This document shows positions 29,889-39,673 of a DNA stretch of 64,000 nucleotides, one piece after another (position 1 is the stretch's first letter; every line of letters begins with the position of its first letter). Below the pieces are notes generated by a model. That model made no database searches, was not told where the DNA came from, and saw only the letters and a program-made list of their open reading frames with translations. The translations under genes were made by a program, and so were the position numbers. The stretch is from contig JAQTQJ010000001.1 in assembly GCA_028712255.1 (NCBI GenBank), positions 140,366 to 204,365 of the forward strand, read 5' to 3'. The DNA comes from Candidatus Omnitrophota bacterium. Lineage in GTDB: Bacteria > Omnitrophota > Gorgyraeia > Gygaellales > Profunditerraquicolaceae.

Positions 29889-30326
29889 ATGTTTTACGGA
29901 GAATTCGAACATTCCATAGATCGTAAAGGCAGGTTGATATTGCCTGCTAAATTCCGCGAAGTTGCAAAAAGCCAATTCGTGGAAAAATTTTATGTTACCC
30001 GTGGTTTAGATAAATGCCTTTTTATGTTTTCAGAAGAAGAATGGCGTTCTCAAGAAAATAAATTTAAAGCTATGCCTTTTACTAAGCAACAGTCACGTAC
30101 CTTTAACCGGCTGCTTTTTAGCGGAGCCGTTGAGGTAAGTTTTGATAAACAGGGCAGGATTCTACTGCCGCAATATTTAAAAGAATTTGCCGAGATTAAA
30201 AGAGATGTGATGATTGTGGGTGTCTCTAACCGTATTGAAATTTGGGCAAAGAATTACTGGCATGATTTTTATGCTAATAGCCGTCAGTCTTTTGAAGAGA
30301 TTGCAGAAAAATTAATGGATGTATAA
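29889..30326 (+). CDS. mraZ: Transcriptional regulator MraZ
   Basis: Two MraZ repeats (FEHSIDRKGRLILP… and KQGRILLPQYL). Confidence 0.95.
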   Translation: MFYGEFEHSIDRKGRLILPAKFREVAKSQFVEKFYVTRGLDKCLFMFSEEEWRSQENKFKAMPFTKQQSRTFNRLLFSGAVEVSFDKQGRILLPQYLKEFAEIKRDVMIVGVSNRIEIWAKNYWHDFYANSRQSFEEIAEKLMDV

Positions 30327-31229
30327 ATGTTAGAAACAGGTTTGCATGTACCAGTAATGGTGCATGAAGTTATAGATTATTTAAAACTTGCTCCGGGACA
30401 AGTCATTGTTGATGCGACTATGGGTACTGGCGGGCACAGCTTAGAGATATTAAAAAAAATTACTCCAGGCGGAAGATTAATTGGAATAGACCGGGATGAA
30501 GATTCTCTGGCAATCTGCCGCCAGAGGTTAAGCGAGTTTAAGGATTCCTGCGAATTTGTGCATGCTAACTTTACGGATTTAGATCAGGCCTTAGATGGGC
30601 TCGGAATAAAAAATATCGACGGAATTGTTTTTGACCTAGGGATCTCTACTTACCAATTGAAAGATGCCCAAAGAGGATTTAGTTTTCAGGAGGAGGGGCC
30701 GTTAGATATGCGTTTAGATAAGAGCAGTTATATATCAGCATATGATTTGGTGAACAACCTTAATGAAGATGAACTTTCCCATCTGCTTTGGAATTTCGGC
30801 CAGGAACGTTGGCATAATCGTATTGCCCACTTGTTAATCGAGGAGCGTTCTCTTCATCCCATTGTTACCACTAAACAATTAGCTACCCTTGTGATGCGTG
30901 CAATCCCGCAAAGATACCGTAAGAGTTATTATCGCATACATCCGGCCACGCGGACTTTTCAAGCGATAAGGATTGCGGTAAACCGAGAATTAGAAATTTT
31001 AGAAAGTGCAATTAAGAAAGCCATTGCATTTTTAAATAAGCAAGCTAAAATATGTGTAATTTCGTTTCATTCTTTGGAAGATCGTGTGATTAAATATACA
31101 TTCCGCGCGCTTAAATCCGAAGGTGTAATTGACATTATTACAGCTAAACCCTTAACTCCTACATTTGGCGAGATAGATAAAAATCCTTCTAGCCGTAGCA
31201 GTAAGTTAAGGGTCGCCCAAAGGATATAG
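30327..31229 (+). CDS. rsmH: 16S rRNA (cytosine1402-N4)-methyltransferase
   Basis: SAM-binding motif (DATMGTGGHS) and a conserved C-terminus (SSRSSKLRVAQRI). Confidence 0.95.
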   Translation: MLETGLHVPVMVHEVIDYLKLAPGQVIVDATMGTGGHSLEILKKITPGGRLIGIDRDEDSLAICRQRLSEFKDSCEFVHANFTDLDQALDGLGIKNIDGIVFDLGISTYQLKDAQRGFSFQEEGPLDMRLDKSSYISAYDLVNNLNEDELSHLLWNFGQERWHNRIAHLLIEERSLHPIVTTKQLATLVMRAIPQRYRKSYYRIHPATRTFQAIRIAVNRELEILESAIKKAIAFLNKQAKICVISFHSLEDRVIKYTFRALKSEGVIDIITAKPLTPTFGEIDKNPSSRSSKLRVAQRI

Positions 31230-31233
31230 CCTT

Positions 31234-31602
31234 ATGAAACTTACCAAGTTTTTTTCCGCAGTTGTATTTGTTACTTCGTTTTCCGTGCTCTATGTTTATC
31301 AACAGAGCGAAATTTTCCGCCTGGCTTATTTAGGTCAAAAAAAACAGGCAGTCTTCACAGAATTACTGGATAAAAATACCGCATTAAGATATAATATAAA
31401 CAAAAGTTCTTCTTTGGTAAATATTGGTAATCGTATTAGCCAGGTCTCTGATTTTCAGATGCCGGATAATTATCGTTTTGTTAAGTTTGTTTCTTCTAAG
31501 GAAGGTTTAAGGGTTGCGGATCAGAGTCAAAACAGGGAAGGCCTGCTGGCGCGGATTTTTAGTTTAAAGCGGGAAGCTCAAGCAAAAACAATTAACCCCT
31601 AA
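31234..31602 (+). CDS. ftsL: Cell division protein FtsL-like (septum formation initiator family)
   Basis: Small bitopic protein with an N-terminal transmembrane helix and a coiled-coil segment, in the canonical position between rsmH and ftsI. Confidence 0.6.
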   Translation: MKLTKFFSAVVFVTSFSVLYVYQQSEIFRLAYLGQKKQAVFTELLDKNTALRYNINKSSSLVNIGNRISQVSDFQMPDNYRFVKFVSSKEGLRVADQSQNREGLLARIFSLKREAQAKTINP

Positions 31603-31613
31603 TAAAAAACAAA

Positions 31614-31668
31614 GGGGACGGTTCTGTTTTTCTGTTGTCTAAGTAGGTTGAAAAACAGAACCGTCCCC
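31614..31668 (+). terminator. 19-bp-stem hairpin (conserved palindrome family member C) between ftsL and ftsI
   Basis: GGGGACGGTTCTGTTTTTC-(17 nt)-GAAAAACAGAACCGTCCCC. The T-tract after it is weak (TAGATTTCT), so it may act as an attenuator or RNA-stability element rather than a full terminator. Confidence 0.55.
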
Positions 31669-31677
31669 TAGATTTCT

Positions 31678-33375
31678 ATGTATATTAGCAATTATCGCCG
31701 AAGGAACGAGGCGGTATTTTTAGTTTTTTTTATTTTCCTTTTGTTTTGTGTAGGTCGCCTTCTTTTTATTCAGTTCTTCCGTTCAAATTACCTTACTTCA
31801 ATAGCCAATAAACAACATAATGAGCTCGTAGAGTTAGAGCCGCGCCGCGGAGCAATTTATGACTGCAATCTCAAGATGCAGGCATTCAATATGTCCATGG
31901 ATTCACTTTATGCTGTGCCAAATATTATTAAAGATAAAGAACTTGTTATGAATAATTTGGAACCGATATTGGGAGTAAGCCGTACTTACTTGAGTGACAG
32001 GCTTTACCGCAAGAAGTCTTTTATTTGGTTAGCGCGAAAGTTGCCCCCAGAAAAATCCGAGGCGATTAAAAAATTAAATATTAAAGGTTTGGGATTTTTG
32101 AAGGAAACCAAACGTATTTACCCGAATAGTTATTTGGGTAGCCATATCATTGGTTTTAGCGGGACGGATAATATTGGCCTTGAGGGCTTGGAGAGGGATT
32201 ATAATAAATATTTGGCAGGGACAGCTGGTTGGGCAATTTTCTTACGCGATGCCAGGTTAAAAAAATTAGATCTCTGGGAAAAAATGGTTTTACCCGTCGA
32301 TGGGCTGGATTTGGTCTTGACCACTGATGAGGTTATCCAGTATATTGCTGAGAGGGAATTGGATAAAGCTTTTAAAAGTTCTCGCGCAAAAAGCGCCAGT
32401 ATCATCGTGATGGATCCACACACTGGAAGAATTCTAGCTATGGCAAACCGTCCCAGCTATGATTTGAATAATTATTCCCGTGCGAGTAAAGATTCTATGC
32501 GCAATCGGTCTATTTGTGATTTGTTTGAACCTGGTTCGGTTTTTAAAATTGTTACTGCATCTGCCGCACTTGAAGAAAAAAAGGCAACCGAGGAAGATAC
32601 CTTCTTTTGTGAAAATGGGTTTTATAAAGTAGGCGGCCGCATATTACATGATCATATGCCTCATGGCACGCTTACTTTTAGGCAGGTAATTGAAGAGTCA
32701 AGCAATATTGGTACGGTTAAGATTGCTATTGCCTTGGGCGCCGTCACAGTGTACCGGTATTTAAAGGATTTTGGTTTTGGCTCAAAATTAGGCATTGATT
32801 TGTCAGGAGAAATTTCCGGGATGATTAAACCCGTACGATCTTGGTCAAAGACATCAATTACGGCTATACCTATCGGCCAAGAGGTAGGGGTGACAGCTTT
32901 GCAATTGGCTAGTGCAATTTCGGTAATTGCCAATGGCGGACAGCTTATGAAACCTTATATTGTTGATTCAGTGCGTAGTAGCCAAGGAGAAATAATTAAG
33001 CAAAATAAGCCGACCTTAATCCGCAAGGTTATTTCAGTAGATACTGCTATGCGTATAAAGAAAATTCTTACCGGAGTAATAGAGGAAGGTACCGGTAAAT
33101 TAGCCAAGGTTTCCGGATTTAGCGCCGCTGGAAAAACCGGTACCGCTCAGAAGCTTGAACCAAACGGGAGCTATTCACATAGTAAATTTGTTGCATCTTT
33201 TATTGGTTTTGCTCCAGCTGAGGATCCTCTTTTAACGATTGTTGTTACGGTTGATGAACCGCAAGGGTCTTATTTTGGAGGGGTAGTGGCAGCTCCAGTG
33301 TTCCAAAAAGTAGCAGGTGATGCTATTCGTTATATAAAAGGCAATGAAATGCCTACTGAGGCTTTGGCACAATGA
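31678..33375 (+). CDS. ftsI: Peptidoglycan D,D-transpeptidase FtsI (PBP3)
   Basis: Transmembrane anchor, PBP dimerisation domain and transpeptidase motifs SVFK, SSN and KTGTA. Confidence 0.9.
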   Translation: MYISNYRRRNEAVFLVFFIFLLFCVGRLLFIQFFRSNYLTSIANKQHNELVELEPRRGAIYDCNLKMQAFNMSMDSLYAVPNIIKDKELVMNNLEPILGVSRTYLSDRLYRKKSFIWLARKLPPEKSEAIKKLNIKGLGFLKETKRIYPNSYLGSHIIGFSGTDNIGLEGLERDYNKYLAGTAGWAIFLRDARLKKLDLWEKMVLPVDGLDLVLTTDEVIQYIAERELDKAFKSSRAKSASIIVMDPHTGRILAMANRPSYDLNNYSRASKDSMRNRSICDLFEPGSVFKIVTASAALEEKKATEEDTFFCENGFYKVGGRILHDHMPHGTLTFRQVIEESSNIGTVKIAIALGAVTVYRYLKDFGFGSKLGIDLSGEISGMIKPVRSWSKTSITAIPIGQEVGVTALQLASAISVIANGGQLMKPYIVDSVRSSQGEIIKQNKPTLIRKVISVDTAMRIKKILTGVIEEGTGKLAKVSGFSAAGKTGTAQKLEPNGSYSHSKFVASFIGFAPAEDPLLTIVVTVDEPQGSYFGGVVAAPVFQKVAGDAIRYIKGNEMPTEALAQ

Positions 33376-33453
33376 ATCCCGCACCTTCTTTATTATTCAA
33401 TCCATTAAACCATACGCCTGTAACAATAATTAAATTTATTGAAGGTGCGGGAT
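33376..33453 (+). promoter_or_regulatory. 13-bp perfect long-range hairpin pairing the ftsI-stop-proximal sequence with the murE ribosome-binding site and start codon
   Basis: ATCCCGCACCTTC (33376-33388) pairs with GAAGGTGCGGGAT (33441-53) across a 52-nt AT-rich loop. The 3' arm contains the AAGGTG site and the murE ATG. Confidence 0.5.
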
Positions 33454-34867
33454 GAAAATTGCCGATATCGAAATTAAAGGTATTACTTCTAATTCTAAGC
33501 AGGTAGGTAAGGATTTTGTTTTTGTGGCCATTAAGGGGAATCGTTTGGATGGTAACCGTTTTATAAAAGAGGCAATTGTAAGAGGGGCTAATATTATAGT
33601 TGTGCAAAAAAATGGACCCAAAATTAAGATTCCTAAAAGTGTCAAATTACTCTTGGTAGATGATTGCCGTAAATTTTTGGCTGAAGCTGCAAATAAGTTT
33701 TATGAATTTCCTTCGGGCAGGATTAAGGTTGCCGGAATTACCGGCACCAACGGTAAAACAACGATTTCTTATTTGATTGAGGCTATAGCAAAGGAATCCG
33801 ATTTAGCTTGCGGAGTAATTGGTACGATTAATTACCGTTTCAAAAGTAAAATTATTACGGCTAAGAATACTACTCCGGGAGCTGTTGAATTGCAAGGCTT
33901 ACTTGCAAAAATGCTTTCTAGAGGAATTAAATACTGCGCAATGGAGGTTTCATCTCATGCTTTGGATCAAGACAGGGTATCTGGGATTAATTTTAGCCAT
34001 GCTATTTTTACCAATCTTACTCAGGACCATCTTGACTACCACAAAAATTTAGAAAATTATTTTCTGGCAAAAACAAGGCTTTTTAAAATCCTACCCGCTT
34101 CTAGTTTTGCAATAATCAATAATGACGATAGGTTTGGTCGGAGGATTAAGCGTTTAACGGATGCCAATATTCTGACCTATGGGATAGAAAATCCTTCGGA
34201 TGTTATGGCGCGTGATATCGATTTTAGTATACATTCAACTAAATTTACCTTGGTTACCCCTAAAATAAAGTTGCGGATTAAAACAAACCTTGCAGGCCGG
34301 TATAATATTTATAATATTCTGGCAGCTGTTGCCTGGGGAATAAGTGAAAAAATAAATATTAAGGATATTAAAGCGGCAATTGAAAAATTCAAGAATGTTT
34401 GTGGCCGGCTTGAGAATGTTGCCTGTAAAAGAGGTTACAGTATTTTTGTAGATTATGCGCATACCCCGGATGCACTATTTAATGTTATTAGCGTTTTGAA
34501 ACCGTTGGTTAAAGGGAGAATCATTGTAGTTTTTGGCTGTGGAGGAGACAGGGATAGATTTAAGCGCCCGAAAATGGGCAATGTGGCTACAAAGCTAGCA
34601 GATTATGTGATAATTACTAGCGATAATCCCCGCAGTGAAGATCCGGAAAAGATAACTAAAGATATCTGTGCAGGCATAGTTAAAGGCAATTACTGTCTGA
34701 TTCTTGAACGTTCTGAAGCCATCCGGCGAGGTTTAGAGATGGCCAGAGAAAATGATTGTTTATTGATTGCCGGTAAGGGCCATGAAAATTACCAGATATT
34801 GAAAGATAAAGTTTTACATTTTAGCGACCAAGAGGTGATCCGGAAGTGTTTAAAGTCAGTGAAATAA
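33452..34867 (+). CDS. murE: UDP-N-acetylmuramoyl-L-alanyl-D-glutamate--2,6-diaminopimelate ligase
   Basis: Mur ligase P-loop (GITGTNGKTT) and a DNPR motif (SDNPRSEDP) consistent with meso-DAP specificity. Confidence 0.93.
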   Translation: MKIADIEIKGITSNSKQVGKDFVFVAIKGNRLDGNRFIKEAIVRGANIIVVQKNGPKIKIPKSVKLLLVDDCRKFLAEAANKFYEFPSGRIKVAGITGTNGKTTISYLIEAIAKESDLACGVIGTINYRFKSKIITAKNTTPGAVELQGLLAKMLSRGIKYCAMEVSSHALDQDRVSGINFSHAIFTNLTQDHLDYHKNLENYFLAKTRLFKILPASSFAIINNDDRFGRRIKRLTDANILTYGIENPSDVMARDIDFSIHSTKFTLVTPKIKLRIKTNLAGRYNIYNILAAVAWGISEKINIKDIKAAIEKFKNVCGRLENVACKRGYSIFVDYAHTPDALFNVISVLKPLVKGRIIVVFGCGGDRDRFKRPKMGNVATKLADYVIITSDNPRSEDPEKITKDICAGIVKGNYCLILERSEAIRRGLEMARENDCLLIAGKGHENYQILKDKVLHFSDQEVIRKCLKSVK

Positions 34868-36207
34868 TTAAAGCCACAAATGGCTTGCTTATTCAGGGAA
34901 ATCCAGAGGATAAGCTAGGAGCCATATCTACCGATTCAAGGAGATTAGCGTCAGCTGAGACGTTTTTGGCCTTGAAAGGCAGCAATTTTGATGGCCATAA
35001 TTTTATTACTGAGGTTTTAAAATCAAAAGCTATTTGTTTAATTGTAGAAAAAAAACCTGCTTGTTTGATTCCTAAAGGGATAGTGGTTATTAAAGTGAAA
35101 GATACAACCTTAGCCTTAGCTGATATAGCGAGTTTTCAGAGAAAAAAAATTAATCCGACGGTTATTGCCGTTACCGGTTCTAATGGGAAGACTACAACCA
35201 AGGAGATGATTGCTCATGTTTTATCAGCTAACTCTCAGGTTTTAAAAAATGAAGGCACTAAGAACAATGCCATTGGCTTGCCACAAACGCTAATAAAGCT
35301 TAAAGATCAAGATAATTTTGCGGTTGTTGAGATAGGTACAAATCATTTTGGTGAGGTTGACTATCTGGCAAAAATAGCTCAGCCTAATATTGGTTTGATT
35401 ACTAATATCGCTTCAAGCCATCTGGAGTTTTTAAAAGATCTAAACGGAGTTTTAAAAGAAAAATCAACCTTGTTGGATAATTTAAAAAAACCCGCAATTG
35501 CTGTAGTTTGTGCCGACGATAAATTACTCAAGCGTATTATTGTTCAAAAAAATAAAGGTAATCATATTTTTAGTTATGGTATTGATGAGAGGAGTGATTT
35601 TTGCGCAGGAGCAATCCGCCTCAAAGACACAAGAGTAGAATTTAAGGTTAATCGTAAATATGATTTTGTATTATCTACATTAGGATATTGTAATATTTAT
35701 AATGCTTTAGGAGCAGTTGCAGTTGGTAGGCTTTTAGGGTTTAGCTATTCGGAAATCGCTAAAAGTTTATCGAATTTTAAATTTCCCAAAGGCAGGCTTA
35801 ATCTTGTTGAATGCCGGGGATTTAAGTTTATTGATGATACATATAATTCCAATCCCTTTTCGTTTAAGGCAGCCATTGAGGCTTTAGGCGCGGTAAGTTG
35901 CAAAGGAAAAAAGATTCTGATTATGGGGGATATGTTAGAGTTAGGTAGGCAAAAAGAGTTATTGCATAGGCAAATGGCTTGGAGTATAACTAATACTTGT
36001 GATGTGTTGGTGACAGTAGGGGTTTTAGCCAAGATCACAGCCGATGCGGCCGCAGAGAAGGGATTTGATAAAAAAAATATATTCTGTTGTGACAATTCAG
36101 AAGAGGCTAGGGATTTATTATTTAAAAAAATATTACCGAGCAAAAATGATTTGATTTTAATAAAAGGTTCTCGTTCGATGAAAATGGAAGAGGTCTTAGA
36201 GATTTAA
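34846..36207 (+). CDS. murF: UDP-N-acetylmuramoyl-tripeptide--D-alanyl-D-alanine ligase
   Basis: Mur ligase P-loop (TGSNGKTTTKEM); position after murE. Confidence 0.9.
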   Translation: MFKVSEIIKATNGLLIQGNPEDKLGAISTDSRRLASAETFLALKGSNFDGHNFITEVLKSKAICLIVEKKPACLIPKGIVVIKVKDTTLALADIASFQRKKINPTVIAVTGSNGKTTTKEMIAHVLSANSQVLKNEGTKNNAIGLPQTLIKLKDQDNFAVVEIGTNHFGEVDYLAKIAQPNIGLITNIASSHLEFLKDLNGVLKEKSTLLDNLKKPAIAVVCADDKLLKRIIVQKNKGNHIFSYGIDERSDFCAGAIRLKDTRVEFKVNRKYDFVLSTLGYCNIYNALGAVAVGRLLGFSYSEIAKSLSNFKFPKGRLNLVECRGFKFIDDTYNSNPFSFKAAIEALGAVSCKGKKILIMGDMLELGRQKELLHRQMAWSITNTCDVLVTVGVLAKITADAAAEKGFDKKNIFCCDNSEEARDLLFKKILPSKNDLILIKGSRSMKMEEVLEI

Positions 36208-37295
36208 TGCTTTACCACCTGCTTTATCCGCTCAGAGATTTTATTTTTGCCTTTAATTTATTCCGCTATATTACTTTTCGTGCCAGTATGGCTGCTTTAA
36301 CTGCTTTTGCGCTTAGCCTGATTTTTGGCCCTTTTCTGATTAAAAAATTAAAATCCTTAAAAGTCGGAGAAAAGATAAATAAGGCTGATAGTTTAAAGTT
36401 AGATGATTTGCATAAACACAAGCAAAGCACGCCGACCATGGGGGGAATTCTTATACTTGCAACGGTCATAATTTCAACCTTTCTTTGGGCTGATATTTCT
36501 AATCATTGTATTTGGATTGTTTTGTTTAGTACCGTATGGCTTGGTTTAACCGGTTTTATGGATGATTACTTAAAACAGGTTAAGAAAAAGGCTGGAGGTT
36601 TATCTGCTAGTATAAAACTTACCAGCCAAATTGTTTTAGGCCTGATATTGGGAATAATTCTTATTATGGATATCCATCACAACGCTAGGCTTGATATCCC
36701 TTTTTTAAAAGGGATTAATTTAGATTTGGATGGATTGTATGTTTTGTTTGTGATATTGGTGATTGCCGGCTCATCTAATGCAGTAAATCTTACCGATGGC
36801 CTGGATGGGTTGGCTATTGGCATTGTGGTGATGGTGGCAATTGCATTTTCCATACTCTGCTATGTTTCCGGAAACATTAACTTAAGTAACTATCTTTTGA
36901 TTCCTTATATTAAGGGAGGCGGAGAGTTGACTATTTTTTGCGCCAGTATTGTGGGAGCAGGTTTAGGCTTTTTGTGGTTTAACTGTTATCCTGCCACAAT
37001 TTTTATGGGAGATGTTGGATCTTTAGCTTTAGGCGGGGCTATCGGAACGGTGGCATTACTGATTAAGAAAGAGATGCTGCTTATTATTGTGGGAGGTATA
37101 TTTGTGGTGGAGGTGCTTTCAGTCATATTGCAAGTGGGAACTTATAAATTGACCAAAAAACGTATTTTTAAGATTGCTCCACTGCATCATCATTTTCAAT
37201 TTTTAAATTGGCCTGAGAATAAAGTGATTGTCAGATTCTGGATTATTGCCGGTTTGCTTGCTCTTTTTACCCTAGTCACTTTAAAGATTAGATAA
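36207..37295 (+). CDS. mraY: Phospho-N-acetylmuramoyl-pentapeptide transferase
   Basis: MraY motifs (NAVNLTDGLDGLA and DVGSLALGG); polytopic membrane protein. Confidence 0.95.
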   Translation: MLYHLLYPLRDFIFAFNLFRYITFRASMAALTAFALSLIFGPFLIKKLKSLKVGEKINKADSLKLDDLHKHKQSTPTMGGILILATVIISTFLWADISNHCIWIVLFSTVWLGLTGFMDDYLKQVKKKAGGLSASIKLTSQIVLGLILGIILIMDIHHNARLDIPFLKGINLDLDGLYVLFVILVIAGSSNAVNLTDGLDGLAIGIVVMVAIAFSILCYVSGNINLSNYLLIPYIKGGGELTIFCASIVGAGLGFLWFNCYPATIFMGDVGSLALGGAIGTVALLIKKEMLLIIVGGIFVVEVLSVILQVGTYKLTKKRIFKIAPLHHHFQFLNWPENKVIVRFWIIAGLLALFTLVTLKIR

Positions 37296-37302
37296 TCTCT
37301 CC

Positions 37303-38574
37303 ATGCGTAATAGTAATTATTTTAAAAATAAAAAAATAACCATTGTAGGCCTTGCTCGTTCAGGCCTTGCTTGTGCTAATTTATTATATAGAGCAGGGGC
37401 TTTTGTAGCTGTTACGGATATTAAGGATAACGTTCAGACTCAAGAGGCAAGTAGTAAATTTTGTTCAAAAGATATTTTAGTTGAGCTAGGCAAACACAGT
37501 CGGGATTTTATTAGGGATGCAGAGTTGGTTGTTGTTTCTCCGGGTGTGCCGGCTTTAGCCCTCCCGATTAAATGGGCCGTTGAATTCAATAAGCCGTTGA
37601 TGAGCGAGATTGAGATAGCAAGTATCTTGTGCCCGGCAACTATTATTGCCGTGACTGGTTCCAATGGGAAAACAACAGTTGCTACTTTGATTGGGAAAAT
37701 ATTGGAGGCATCTGGAAGAAGAGTTTTTGTATGCGGGAATATCGGGAATCCTTTTTGTTCAGAAGTGGAGAATATGAGGGAAGAGGATTTTGTTGTCCTT
37801 GAAGTCAGCTCCTTTCAGCTTGAGACAATTAAAGATTTTAAACCAAAAATCGCTGTTATTCTTAATTTAACCCCGAATCACCTAGACCATTATAATAATA
37901 TGCAAGAGTATTTGGATGCCAAAAAGCGTATTATTATGAATCAGGATAAAGATGATTTTCTAGTTTTAAATAGCCAGGATATTTTGCTTAAAAGTGTCGC
38001 AGAACATGCAAAATCGCAGGTTATCTTTTTCTCTGGCCAGGATGGGTTGAATCCGAATCAGAGTGCCGTCCTGACCGTAGGCAAAATTTTAGGTATTAAT
38101 AAGGATCTCGTATTTGGAGTTTTTAATAAATTCAAAGGTATTGAGCATCGTATGGAAGAAGTACGCAATATCAACGGAATAAAATTCATTAATGACTCTA
38201 AGGCAACTACGGCGGATTCGGCGATCTGGGCAATCAAAAATATTTTTACCCCTATAATTCTTATTGCAGGCGGTAGGCATAAAGGGATTGATTATCGAGT
38301 TATTATTGAGCCGGCTAAAGATAAAGTAAAACAGGCAATTCTTATTGGTGAGGCCAAAGAAATAATAGCGCTTGATCTTGGAAGAGAGTTTCCGATTGAG
38401 TATGCTACTACATTAGAAGATGCTGTGTACAAAGCTTATGCTTTGGCTAAACCCGGATATTCTGTATTATTTTCGCCTATGTGTTCAAGTTTTGATATGT
38501 TCAAAGATTATGAAGACAGGGGTAGAATTTTTAAAAAAATCGTTTTAGATTTAAATGAGGATAAACTTACTTAA
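37303..38574 (+). CDS. murD: UDP-N-acetylmuramoylalanine--D-glutamate ligase
   Basis: N-terminal Rossmann domain (ITIVGLARSG) and Mur ligase P-loop (GSNGKTTV). Confidence 0.95.
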   Translation: MRNSNYFKNKKITIVGLARSGLACANLLYRAGAFVAVTDIKDNVQTQEASSKFCSKDILVELGKHSRDFIRDAELVVVSPGVPALALPIKWAVEFNKPLMSEIEIASILCPATIIAVTGSNGKTTVATLIGKILEASGRRVFVCGNIGNPFCSEVENMREEDFVVLEVSSFQLETIKDFKPKIAVILNLTPNHLDHYNNMQEYLDAKKRIIMNQDKDDFLVLNSQDILLKSVAEHAKSQVIFFSGQDGLNPNQSAVLTVGKILGINKDLVFGVFNKFKGIEHRMEEVRNINGIKFINDSKATTADSAIWAIKNIFTPIILIAGGRHKGIDYRVIIEPAKDKVKQAILIGEAKEIIALDLGREFPIEYATTLEDAVYKAYALAKPGYSVLFSPMCSSFDMFKDYEDRGRIFKKIVLDLNEDKLT

Positions 38575-38577
38575 TAA

Positions 38578-39672
38578 ATGATCAGGAAAACACGCCTTAA
38601 TTTACTTACCATATCAGTTATACTTATTTGTATTGGAATCGTAATGATCTATAGTTCATCAAGCATCTATGCCTGGGAACGATATGGAGATAGTTTTTAT
38701 TTTCTAAAACGGCATTTATTTTTTTTACTGGCAGGTCTGTTATTGACTTTTTTGGCTATGCTTATTGATTATCGCGTATTCAGAAAACATGCCCGTCTTC
38801 TGCTTTGGGTTGCTCTTGGCCTGCTTGTTTTAGTGCTTATTCCTGGGATAGGTAGAGAAGTTTCTGGGGCTAGGCGCTGGTTTAGATTCAAATTTATCAG
38901 TTTTCAACCATCGGAATTTGCCAATCTTGCTCTCATCATCTATATTGCCGATTTTATTACTCGTAAAGGTGAAAAGATTAAATTATTATTAGAAGGTTTT
39001 ATACCTCCAATATGCGTGCTGGGTGCAACAGCTTTGCTAATACTCCTACAGCCGGACCTGGGTACGGTTATTGCTTTAGGCAGTGTTGTTTTAATTATGC
39101 TTTTTGTCGCTGGAACCAGAGGCAGTTATATTTTAAGCCTATTACTTTGTAGCTTGCCAGTACTTTATGTTTTGGTTTTCCGGGTGGCATATCGCCGGGA
39201 CAGAATCCTGGCTTTTTTAAACCCTTGGGCGGATGCCAAGGGAACCGGCTTTCAAACTATTCAATCACAGATTGCTATAGGTTCAGGAGGCTTATTTGGC
39301 AGAGGGCTGGGGCATTCACAGCAGAAACTTTTTTATCTTCCGGCTGCCCACACCGACTTTATTTTTTCGATTATCGGAGAGGAACTTGGATTAATTGGTA
39401 CCTTGGGGATAATCGTATTGTTTCTAATCTTTATTCAGCAGGGGCTTAAAATTATTAAGAATGCTCAGGATAAATTCGGGTATTTTCTTGCGCTGGGTTT
39501 GATTTTAATAATTTCGCTTAAGGCGATTGTAAATATCGGTGTTTCTTGCGGAGTTTTTCCTACTAAAGGATTACCACTGCCGTTTATAAGCTATGGCGGC
39601 TCTTCGTTGATATTTGATATGGTTAGTTTGGGGATATTAATTAATATAGCACGTTGCGGAGAATATCCTTAA
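38578..39672 (+). CDS. ftsW: Peptidoglycan glycosyltransferase FtsW (SEDS family)
   Basis: SEDS family motifs (RRWFRFKFISFQPSEF…, PTKGLPLPFISYGGSS); sits between murD and murG. Confidence 0.9.
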   Translation: MIRKTRLNLLTISVILICIGIVMIYSSSSIYAWERYGDSFYFLKRHLFFLLAGLLLTFLAMLIDYRVFRKHARLLLWVALGLLVLVLIPGIGREVSGARRWFRFKFISFQPSEFANLALIIYIADFITRKGEKIKLLLEGFIPPICVLGATALLILLQPDLGTVIALGSVVLIMLFVAGTRGSYILSLLLCSLPVLYVLVFRVAYRRDRILAFLNPWADAKGTGFQTIQSQIAIGSGGLFGRGLGHSQQKLFYLPAAHTDFIFSIIGEELGLIGTLGIIVLFLIFIQQGLKIIKNAQDKFGYFLALGLILIISLKAIVNIGVSCGVFPTKGLPLPFISYGGSSLIFDMVSLGILINIARCGEYP

Positions 39673-39673
39673 A

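Noticed and set aside
33819-34052. 77-aa + strand ORF nested inside murE in another frame
   Set aside because: It is fully internal to a well-conserved Mur ligase gene in an alternative frame, with no ribosome-binding site. It is a chance ORF.
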